A stretch of 64,000 bases of DNA from a virus. The DNA lies in IMG/VR virus record IMGVR_UViG_3300026334_000001, positions 26,053 to 90,052 of that record; one strand, 5' to 3'. The position numbers were made by a program, and so were the translations under genes. Every line of letters starts with the position of its first letter. Positions within the stretch are counted from its first letter, which is position 1. The notes under the pieces were generated by a model that saw only the letters and a list, made by a program, of their open reading frames with translations, made no database searches and was not told the DNA's origin. This document shows, one piece after another, positions 55,616 through 64,000 of the stretch.

Positions 55616-58210
55616 AGATAGATGATTACTTAGGTAATGGAGTAATGGTATTTAGATATACAAATGATGAAGGTGTTATAATAACTACATCTATTAAACA
55701 TATTCCTTCTTGGAATGGTCCAATTAATAAGTTATTTGATGAAGAAATGCCAATTGAAAAGCAAGATGAATACTGGAAGAAACATAGTAAATAATAAATG
55801 ATAAAATGAAACTGATAAAAAGTAATGCTAAGTTTAGTGGATATGTATTAGAACAGGAAGGCATTTATGATAAGATAGTTAGAGATTTAGTGGTTGATTT
55901 TGCAGAACATCTTCATAAAGAAAGTTTATTAGAAGTTACTGAAAGAAGTGTAGCACCAGATAATCCAACACATATGGATTCTAAATTGATTGAAGTAAGA
56001 GGATTGATAATGACTCATAATGAGTTACAGGAAATAACAATGCATTTGGGAGTTATTGATGCTGTTATTCCTAGAGAGTATAGACATAAAGTAGATAGAA
56101 TTAAAGAATTATTAGCGGATAAATAAAATGGAAAGAAGTAAACCACAAGTAGTAATTGATTTAGCAGAATACAATGAATTACTAAAAATAAAAGAAGATA
56201 GTAGAATACCTGAAGATCAAAGAGAGCTATTAAATGCTTTAGCTAAAGCATGTTTAGCTCCACAACATAGTCAGATAGAACATATACCTACAGGAAAAAG
56301 AATGATAAATAGTGTTAATGGTTATACATTTAAGATTAGTCATGATGTAAGAAGTATAAGTCCTAATTTTGATGTTGATTATATAAAAGGATAGTTATGG
56401 GAGTTACACAGTTTGAATTTATAGAACAATTAGAAAGTCTTCATGAACAGATAGTTAACATTGTTGAAGATAGAACTAAAGCAGAAATTAAATCTAATTA
56501 TTTAATAGGTAATTTTAAAGTAGTAGATACTTATTTAAGATATATATATGATGGTCAGATGCCAGATTGGACACAGCCAGTACTTGTACAGATAGGAGAT
56601 TCAGTATTAAGATTACTTAAGACTTCTAATATGGAAGAAGAGGAAGGATTAATAGTATGTTAGTATTTAAAGAAAGTAATGAAGATATAAGTAAAGAATT
56701 ACTAAATAAACTAATAAGATCTAGATTAAAAGGAGAAACAATAGTATATGGTAATACCGATCTTAAGGGTGGAAAATATGATGGTATTAAAATGAAAGGA
56801 GATACTTATCTTCTTGATTCAAAAGAAGATAGAGAAAAGTTATTAAATTATTGGGTTCCAGAAGATGCAGAGGAACTTTCAATTCTCCTAGAAGGATTAC
56901 TTCCCGAAGGAATGTATAAAATGGGGGATGAGTATTTTGTAGCTCATACAGGAAAGATAGGATATATAGATTATATTTTATCTATCGGGGATAAATTAGG
57001 TTATCAAGAAGCATGGCAATTATTTAAAAATAAAAAATTATAACTATGGATTTCACTAACTTTACAGTACCAATTAAACCTAAGAGTAAACAGGATCAGA
57101 ATGATAGAAGATATACTTTGACTGTTTTTAAAGGTGACATATCTCATTTACATTTATTAGATAAGGAGGAATCAAAAGAAGTGATGAAAGTAGAATGTAG
57201 ACAAGATAAAGTTAAAGCTAATCTATCAGCAATTTATAGTATTTATAAAAGAGCTAATATAAAATTAGAGTTTAAAGATGTTACAAGAGATTCTTAAATT
57301 CTTTCTCCAGAGATCAGTTAATCAAGGAGGAGAAATGATTAAAGATTTTAATCAGCAGATTGAAGATGCAAGAACAGATTTGCACACTCATGTTTACGGT
57401 AAACCTCCAGAAATAAGAAAGAAAGAAGAAAAGAAGCTGGAAACACCAGATGAATATTTTCATAGAATGACTAATAATAAGTTTAAGAAATGATAAATGG
57501 AGATAAATAGCTATCCAGAATTAGAATCTTTTCTTCTTAAAGAAACTAGAGGTAATAAGAAAGCTGAAATAATCTTACCAGAAAAGTGGTTCTACTTTCT
57601 GGTAAGATTAATAAACTTTCAATTAAAATTAGATATCAACGATAGAGAGATAGTTGAGTTTACAGTTGTAATAAATCATACAAGATGTAAAGTTAATAAG
57701 AGGGGAGTTAGTAATGATCTTTAGAGGTAGAAGAATCCATAAACAATGGTGTGAGTATGATGAAGAAAGTGTTCATTATATAAAGATGCAAGATAGAAAA
57801 GATATAATTATTAGAGCTGGCTTTAATCTAAGAGATGTAAGACATTGGGAAGAGTATGATAACTCTGATAATTACTATAAAAATAATGATCCATCAACGG
57901 TAATCTTTTTTGAAGGAGGATTTAATATGGTTATCTTAGTTAAGTTTGATTTATTTGATCGTATTATGGAAGACTTTGATAAGAAGTGTTCTAATATTTT
58001 ATTCAATTAGTTATGATGTATAATCCAGCAATTGTATGTACAGATCATCCAACTAATTATAAAAGAATAGGTACGTATACTTTAAGTAAACATAAAAGTT
58101 ATCAACAGATTTACGGTTATTGTGATTGCTGTAAGACAGAAAGTAACTTAGCTTTTGTAGAGAATAAATTTTTAGTTTGTAGAAAATGTAATACTAAATA
58201 TAAACAATAA
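55612..58210 (+). other. Cluster of ten small hypothetical CDSs (55612-55794, 55806-56126, 56128-56394, 56397-56663, 56657-57043, 57046-57297, 57278-57493, 57497-57724, 57714-58010, 58013-58210)
   Basis: Tightly packed co-directional ORFs of 60-128 aa; the last carries CDCC...CRKC. Confidence 0.6.
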
Positions 58211-58749
58211 TGAAAACAATCAACGAAGTAAAAGAACATTTGATAAAAGGAGGAATTATAAAATCTTTAATTCTTGCTCCTAATACTTTAATAAAAATAG
58301 AAGATACTCCAGAAGTAGGTACATTAGCATTGACAAGTAATGATAATAATCAATCTTGGAGTAATAATGGTTTAGATATTGATTCTTTTTATTTAGCTGC
58401 TGGAAAAGATGAATTTGAAATTATATATACTGATGATACAGTAAGACCACCAGATAGTTTAAAAATAGCAACTGGAACAAAATACAGAAAGCTACCAGTA
58501 GTAATTGAAGCATTTAAATATGGTGTAGATAATAGACCTGAATGGTTTTGTGATAAAGTAACTTCAAATGATATTACTACTTATTGGGGAACAGATTTAA
58601 GACATCCAGAAGATTACTATTGTGAGATAAAAACATTAGAAGGAGTAATGAGAGGTGACTGTTATGATTATATTATTAAAGGAGTTAATGGAGAAATATA
58701 TCCTTGTAAACCAGATATATTTGAAAAGACATATGAACGAGCAGAATAA
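58210..58749 (+). CDS. Two-part protein with a widespread phage C-terminal domain of unknown function
   Basis: KYRKLPVVIEA...IKTLEGVM...DYIIKGVNGEIYPCKPDIFEKTYE. Confidence 0.7.
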   Translation: MKTINEVKEHLIKGGIIKSLILAPNTLIKIEDTPEVGTLALTSNDNNQSWSNNGLDIDSFYLAAGKDEFEIIYTDDTVRPPDSLKIATGTKYRKLPVVIEAFKYGVDNRPEWFCDKVTSNDITTYWGTDLRHPEDYYCEIKTLEGVMRGDCYDYIIKGVNGEIYPCKPDIFEKTYERAE

Positions 58750-58781
58750 TTTGTAATAGTTATTTTAAATGTATAAGTTTG
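58750..58781 (+). promoter_or_regulatory. Bacteroidota sigma70-type promoter for the packaging operon
   Basis: TTTG (58750-58753), 20-nt spacer, TAAGTTTG (58774-58781); overlaps the hairpin GGTGAG...CTCACC with a T-run. Confidence 0.6.
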
Positions 58782-58936
58782 GTGAGTTATGAAATATAGC
58801 TCACCATTTTTTGTTTTATGGAATGATGTCAACTCTTATCTTCTAGGAATGAAAGAGAAGTATAGTCAATTCAATATGGGTTTTAACTATGAGGTTTTCA
58901 TTTCGGAGAAAGGTTATAGATTAACATTATGTCCTT

Positions 58937-59152
58937 ATGAAAATAGATAATACAACTTATAAGATACTAGAAGAAGTAGCTACATCTAATGGAGTTACTA
59001 TGAAAGAAGTGGAGAAAGCTTTAGATGGTTACTATAAAGCTGTAGCAGATACAATAAAAGAAACTGAACCTGTAGAAATCAAGATGGATTTTCTAGGTAA
59101 GTTTATACCGAACATGAAAAAATTTAACGATGATAGGTCTAATAGTAATTGA
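58937..59152 (+). CDS. HU/IHF-like DNA-binding protein
   Basis: ILEEVA...MKEVEKAL...IKMDFLGKF; precedes the terminase genes as in crAss-like phages. Confidence 0.6.
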   Translation: MKIDNTTYKILEEVATSNGVTMKEVEKALDGYYKAVADTIKETEPVEIKMDFLGKFIPNMKKFNDDRSNSN

Positions 59153-59753
59153 TGAAGATGGATTACCTACTTTTAATCCTGAGTTAAGGATGATAAAAGA
59201 GTATAAGGTAATCATTGAAAGAGATAGAGGATCTAAAGGTGATAGTCAAGGAAGAAAAAAGAGGTTAGCTACTATGGAGTTAGCCTTTATTTATTTCTAT
59301 TCAGATTTTAGATCTCCTTATGTAAGTAATTATTCAGAGTCAGAACTTGAACCACGTATTAAAAAGAGGTTAGGGTTTGATGATGATTGGAAACCAGATG
59401 AAGCTGTGTGGGAAGCAATTAAGATCTATAAGCAAGATCAAGAAACTCCATCAATGAAATCTCTACATGATATTAAAACAGCTTTATTTTCTGCTAATAG
59501 ATTGACTGGTCTTGTTACTAAACGATTAGATGATCGTATAACACAAGCAGAAGAGTTGATGATGAATGATTCAGCACAAGGAACAGAAGTATTAGATAAA
59601 GCATTAGCAGATTTAAGTAAAGTAATTGAAGTATCTCAAAAGATACCTACCCATTTAGATGCTGTAGCAGCAATGGAGAAGAAAGTGAAAGCTGAATTTG
59701 AATCTAATACAAAAGGAAGAGCAGGAAAAACAGTTAGTACATGGCAGCTTTAG
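59130..59753 (+). CDS. Putative terminase small subunit
   Basis: Immediately upstream of terL; helical protein with ELAFIYF..D.RSPY and ETPS motifs. Confidence 0.55.
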   Translation: MIGLIVIDEDGLPTFNPELRMIKEYKVIIERDRGSKGDSQGRKKRLATMELAFIYFYSDFRSPYVSNYSESELEPRIKKRLGFDDDWKPDEAVWEAIKIYKQDQETPSMKSLHDIKTALFSANRLTGLVTKRLDDRITQAEELMMNDSAQGTEVLDKALADLSKVIEVSQKIPTHLDAVAAMEKKVKAEFESNTKGRAGKTVSTWQL

Positions 59754-61825
59754 GACTAGTTAATACTCAAGCTTTCAGAGAAACTGCCACTTATTTCGAT
59801 AAGCATAAGCAATATGAAGCTGGTATTCCAGGAACTCTTGAAAATAAGGAATTCTGGAATAGAGAAATAGATAGATGTTTAAATGGATATACAACTGGAG
59901 GTATTTATATTTCTGGTTATTACTATTTCTATTTAAATTTTTGTAGGATTCAAATTGTAGAAGAAACTTATAAGGAAGTACATAAGACTAAAGTAAAACA
60001 TGCTCGTAAAGCAGGAGAAAGAAAAGAATCATTTCCAGATTTCTGGGATGTTGACTATGTGTATTTTACAGCATTAGATATTGCACAGAATGGAATTGAT
60101 AAAGGAGATTTATTGAAGTTACCTGTATCAATTAATATTAATGAAGATAGTTTAGGAGGTGGGCATCATATGGCTTGGCTAAAACCACGTGGTGTAGGTG
60201 CATCATGGAAAGGTGGATCATTAGCAGCAAGGAACTTCTCTTTGATTCGACAAAGTAAGAGTTATATGATGGCTAATGAGAAGGAGTTCTTAACAAAGGA
60301 TGGTATCTTCTCCAAGTTCTTAGAGTTTAAGGATTGGTTAATTGTACATGCAGAAGGTATAGGTAAAGTATCTGAATTCAAAGAGGATAGAAATAACATG
60401 CATATTCGTGCATCTATTGATATCGAAGGTATTGAAAGAGGATATATGTCAGAAGTGTTTGGAGTTTCACTTCAAAATAACTGGCAAAAAGCACGTGGTA
60501 AACGTGGTCAATTAATCTTATGGGAAGAGTTAGGTAAGTTTCCTAATGCAGATAAAGCTTGGGAGATAGCAAGACCATCAGTAGAAGAAGGAGATGTTAA
60601 CTTTGGTACCATGATTGGGTTTGGTACAGGCGGTACAGAAGGAGCTAACTTTGAATCTCTTGAAAGAATGTTTTATGATCCTTTATCATATAATCTAATA
60701 GCATTTGATAATATATGGGATGAAGGAATGTCAGGTACTAAGTGTGGTTTATTTACACCTGCTTATTATAACATTAAGTTTAAAGATGCTCAAGGTAATA
60801 GTAATAAGGAATTAGCTAAAGATTATTTTGATGGAGAAAGAGAGTTAGCACAGAAAGCAAAAGATCCAAGTTTACTACCTAGAAAGAAAGCAGAAGCACC
60901 TTATACTCCGAAAGAAGCAGTTCTAAAAGGGAGTGGTAATATTTTTATGTCAGATGAATTGATTAATCAAAGACAAAAGGTATTCGTTAGCAGATCTTAT
61001 GAAACTCTTGGTACAAAAGGTTATTTTAAAAGAGAAGGTTTTGACTTGAAGTTTAAACCAGATCCTCTATTAAATCCTATTCACTTATTCCCTCATAAAG
61101 ATAGGTATCAAGATTATAGTGGAGCAGTAGTAGTTTATGAAGCTCCTTATAAAAAAGATAGTAAAATTCCAAATAATTTATATAAATTGTGTCTTGATAC
61201 ATATAGGCATGATTCGACTACTGGAGATTCAGTAGGAGCTGCATATGTAATCAAACAAGCTAATAATTTTACAGCGGATAAAGGTGATAGAATTGTAGCA
61301 AGTTATGTAGGTAGACCTAATAGTCAAGAAACCTTTAATAAGGTTGTATTTGAATTAGCAGAATACTATAATGCAGAGATAGCATTTGAGAATGATGAAC
61401 CAGGAGATGTAGTGGGATATGCTAAAAGACATAAAAAGATACATATGTTAGCTGAAGAATTTGAGTTAGCATATGATGTCACTCTTCAATCAGCAAAGAC
61501 TAAGAGGGGATTTGGAATGCATATGGGTTCTGGTAAAGAGAACAAAAGGAAGAAACAAGGAGATGTGTATATTAAAGAGTGGTTATACACCATCAGATAC
61601 ACAGCAGAAGATGGAACAGAGATTCTTAATTTACATACAATATTTGATCTAGGTTTACTAGATGAATTAATGGCATATGGTGAAGGTAACTTTGATAGGA
61701 TATCAGCATTAAGGATAGGAATTTATCATATGCAAGAGTTACTGTATACCGAAACAGTGCCCTCTTTACCTATAAGAAGTTCGATAGATGATTTTTTTAG
61801 TAGAGATTTTTTTCCAGATAACTAA
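59741..61825 (+). CDS. terL: Terminase large subunit
   Basis: ISGYYYFYLNF, LKPRGVGASW (Walker A variant), WEELGKF, FGTGG, LDTY and GNFDRISA motifs. Confidence 0.92.
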   Translation: MAALGLVNTQAFRETATYFDKHKQYEAGIPGTLENKEFWNREIDRCLNGYTTGGIYISGYYYFYLNFCRIQIVEETYKEVHKTKVKHARKAGERKESFPDFWDVDYVYFTALDIAQNGIDKGDLLKLPVSININEDSLGGGHHMAWLKPRGVGASWKGGSLAARNFSLIRQSKSYMMANEKEFLTKDGIFSKFLEFKDWLIVHAEGIGKVSEFKEDRNNMHIRASIDIEGIERGYMSEVFGVSLQNNWQKARGKRGQLILWEELGKFPNADKAWEIARPSVEEGDVNFGTMIGFGTGGTEGANFESLERMFYDPLSYNLIAFDNIWDEGMSGTKCGLFTPAYYNIKFKDAQGNSNKELAKDYFDGERELAQKAKDPSLLPRKKAEAPYTPKEAVLKGSGNIFMSDELINQRQKVFVSRSYETLGTKGYFKREGFDLKFKPDPLLNPIHLFPHKDRYQDYSGAVVVYEAPYKKDSKIPNNLYKLCLDTYRHDSTTGDSVGAAYVIKQANNFTADKGDRIVASYVGRPNSQETFNKVVFELAEYYNAEIAFENDEPGDVVGYAKRHKKIHMLAEEFELAYDVTLQSAKTKRGFGMHMGSGKENKRKKQGDVYIKEWLYTIRYTAEDGTEILNLHTIFDLGLLDELMAYGEGNFDRISALRIGIYHMQELLYTETVPSLPIRSSIDDFFSRDFFPDN

Positions 61826-61827
61826 AG

Positions 61828-64000
61828 ATGATAAGACCAAAACAACGTATTACAACAGCAGATAGAACAGAAGATTGGTGGAAAGAGTCTGCTAGATGGT
61901 TTGCTGATTCATGCATTCCTGCAATGGATCAAGTAGAAGCGCAGATTTTATATAGAGCTGCAAATGGACAGCTTCAAGAAAATGATTATCTTTATGTAAC
62001 TAATCCTTTTAATAGTAAAGATCCTAAGTTTACAAGATTTCCAGCTAAGATTAGAAACTTTGATATTATATCTACGAATGTAATGTTGATGATGGGAGAG
62101 AAGAGGAAACGTGGATTAAGATATACAGTAGTAGCTAGAGATTCTGATATTGATAGTCAGAGGAAAGAATTAGAGAATCAGTTAGTAGAGAAGTTGTTAG
62201 TGCAGCAGATTATGTCTGAACTACAACAACAGACTTTACAAAATGGTGAACAATTCGATGTAGAGGTTTCTCAACAGTATTCAGTAGAGAAGATTAAGAA
62301 AATGGTAGATAGCTTGCCAGATAAGTTAGCTATCATGGGACAGGAAGCTCTAGATTATATAAGAGATTATAATAGATTAGATAGTATCTTTGCAGAAGCA
62401 TGGTATCATTTCTTAGTTACAGCTAAAGCGTTTACTTATAAAGGAATTTATAAAGATGAAGTTATAGAAAAAGCAGTTTCTCCTAAAGAGATTTGGTATT
62501 TAGCTAATAGTCATGATACATTCTTAGAAGATTGTGAAGCTATTAAACGTCTTGTAAGAATGCCTCTTACAGAGGTGATAGATAAATTCCAAGATATGAA
62601 AGGTTTTACTGATGATGTTATCAGAGAATTAGAAAGTAGACTTGGGTATGATGGAGGAGAAGGATTCTATCCTAAAGCAAAACTAAATGGATATACTGAT
62701 CAAGATACATGGGCAAATGAAGTTAGATCATCATCAGCTTTATGGAACAAGTTATCTAATGATGATAGTAAAATCTATTCAGATCAAGAAGGAATTCAAG
62801 TAGAACATATTGTATGGACTACTCTTATTAAAATTGGTAAAGTATCCGGAGCTAATATCTTTGGAGAAGAGTTTGAAGAAGAAGTCGATGATACATATAA
62901 AGCAATTCCAGGAGAAGAAGTAGAGTGGACTTGGGTAAAGCAGAAATGCGAAGCTTATATCATTGATGATAAATATATTGTAGGTTATGATTTCATTAAT
63001 GAATTAAGAGGTTCTATTAATGAACCTAATGCAGTAAAGAATCCTTACAATGGGAAGATCTTAGCAATGAAGCATACTGATCCTATGTCAATTGTGAAGA
63101 AAGGAATACCATATCAAATTAAATATAATATAGTTCATTATTATATAGAAAAATCATTTGCTAAAAACTTAGATAAGATTACTGTATTTCCTTTAGGATT
63201 GATTCCTAATAAGGAAGGTCACTCAATGGAATCTACTATGTATTATGCTAGTGCATTTGGTTTTATGTTTCCAGATGAAACAAGTAAGAATTTTCAAACT
63301 GCTCTTAATGGAGTGAAGATATTAGATGCAAGTTTAAGTCAACACATCAATAGATTATATGAATATCTAAATGTAATTAAAGAAGAATGGGATGCATCAA
63401 TAGGAATGAGTGGACAGAGGAAAGGACAGATGAATGCATCAGATGGTAAAGCAGTTGCACAAGAAGCTATATTCAGAAGTTCTATTATGACTGAAGAATA
63501 CTTTACACAGTTTGAAGAATTAGAGGAATCGGATTTAAATGGATTATTAGAGTTAAGTAAATATGCATTTAGCGAAGGAAAGAAAGCTAACTATATAAAC
63601 TCTGATTTAAAGAGAACAATGTTACAGATTGATCCTAATTCTTTCTGCTTTTCAAAGTATCTAGTGAGAGCTTCTAATAGTGGAAAAGACTTAATGAATT
63701 TAGAAGCTGTAAGAGCGCAAGCAACTCAATTTGCACAGAATGGTGCTTCTCCTTCTACAGTAACTAAAATTATAACAGCTAATAATGTTAGTAAGTTAAT
63801 GGAAGAATTAGAAGATCTTGAATTGCAATTTGAAGCTAAACAACAAGCAGCACAGAAAGCACAGAATGATGCAATGATTCAAGCAGAACAAGTTAAAGCT
63901 GATAATGATCAAGCGAAGAGAGAAGTAGATTACTATAAGATTGATAAAGATTACGAAAAAGCAGTTGAAGTTGCAAGGATTGGAGCAGAGAGTAAATTAA
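61828..64000 (+). CDS. Portal protein (3'-partial; not in ORF track)
   Basis: ATG at 61828 (MIRPKQRI...FPAKIRNFDII...GEKRKR); reads open to the window end; directly follows terL. Confidence 0.85.
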   Translation, partial: MIRPKQRITTADRTEDWWKESARWFADSCIPAMDQVEAQILYRAANGQLQENDYLYVTNPFNSKDPKFTRFPAKIRNFDIISTNVMLMMGEKRKRGLRYTVVARDSDIDSQRKELENQLVEKLLVQQIMSELQQQTLQNGEQFDVEVSQQYSVEKIKKMVDSLPDKLAIMGQEALDYIRDYNRLDSIFAEAWYHFLVTAKAFTYKGIYKDEVIEKAVSPKEIWYLANSHDTFLEDCEAIKRLVRMPLTEVIDKFQDMKGFTDDVIRELESRLGYDGGEGFYPKAKLNGYTDQDTWANEVRSSSALWNKLSNDDSKIYSDQEGIQVEHIVWTTLIKIGKVSGANIFGEEFEEEVDDTYKAIPGEEVEWTWVKQKCEAYIIDDKYIVGYDFINELRGSINEPNAVKNPYNGKILAMKHTDPMSIVKKGIPYQIKYNIVHYYIEKSFAKNLDKITVFPLGLIPNKEGHSMESTMYYASAFGFMFPDETSKNFQTALNGVKILDASLSQHINRLYEYLNVIKEEWDASIGMSGQRKGQMNASDGKAVAQEAIFRSSIMTEEYFTQFEELEESDLNGLLELSKYAFSEGKKANYINSDLKRTMLQIDPNSFCFSKYLVRASNSGKDLMNLEAVRAQATQFAQNGASPSTVTKIITANNVSKLMEELEDLELQFEAKQQAAQKAQNDAMIQAEQVKADNDQAKREVDYYKIDKDYEKAVEVARIGAESKL

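Noticed and set aside
1-64000. Stop-codon reassignment (TAG or TGA), known in some crAss-like phages
   Set aside because: Long genes are intact in the standard code; TAA, TAG and TGA all end genes at sensible boundaries; no suppressor tRNA seen.
1-64000. CRISPR array, diversity-generating retroelement, retron, integrase or intein
   Set aside because: No regularly spaced repeats, reverse-transcriptase motifs, recombinase motifs or intein signatures were seen by eye.

Overview
A 64-kb, AT-rich segment of a crAss-like (Crassvirales-type) phage, most likely infecting a Bacteroidota host (TTTG-N20-TAnnTTTG promoters, Bacteroidota-style tmRNA resume context). It reads in the standard code. Layout: (+) three virion cargo genes plus a 3849-aa virion RNA polymerase (1-18708); a convergent terminator; (-) replication and nucleotide-metabolism module (MazG-like, UDG, dNMP kinase, PD-(D/E)XK nuclease, Tad1-like anti-Thoeris sponge, ThyX, RusA-like, primase, SSB-like pair, AAA ATPase, DnaB, SF2 helicase, amidoligase-like, rIIA-like, ligase, PolA); (-) small early-type genes with a phage tmRNA; a divergent switch at ~54.1-54.5 kb; (+) RepL-like gene, small genes, HU-like, terminase subunits and a partial portal. 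Features the ORF track misses: two group I introns mapped to the nucleotide (34330-35544 in an amidoligase-like gene; 38219-39193 in rIIA), a tmRNA with a 29-aa tag, a promoter-to-terminator structured RNA with a kissing-loop pair (~21444-21585), an ATPase whose Walker B precedes its Walker A, a charge-complementary paralog pair, and long leader stems in the early region. Protein calls come from motif recognition only; no searches were run.
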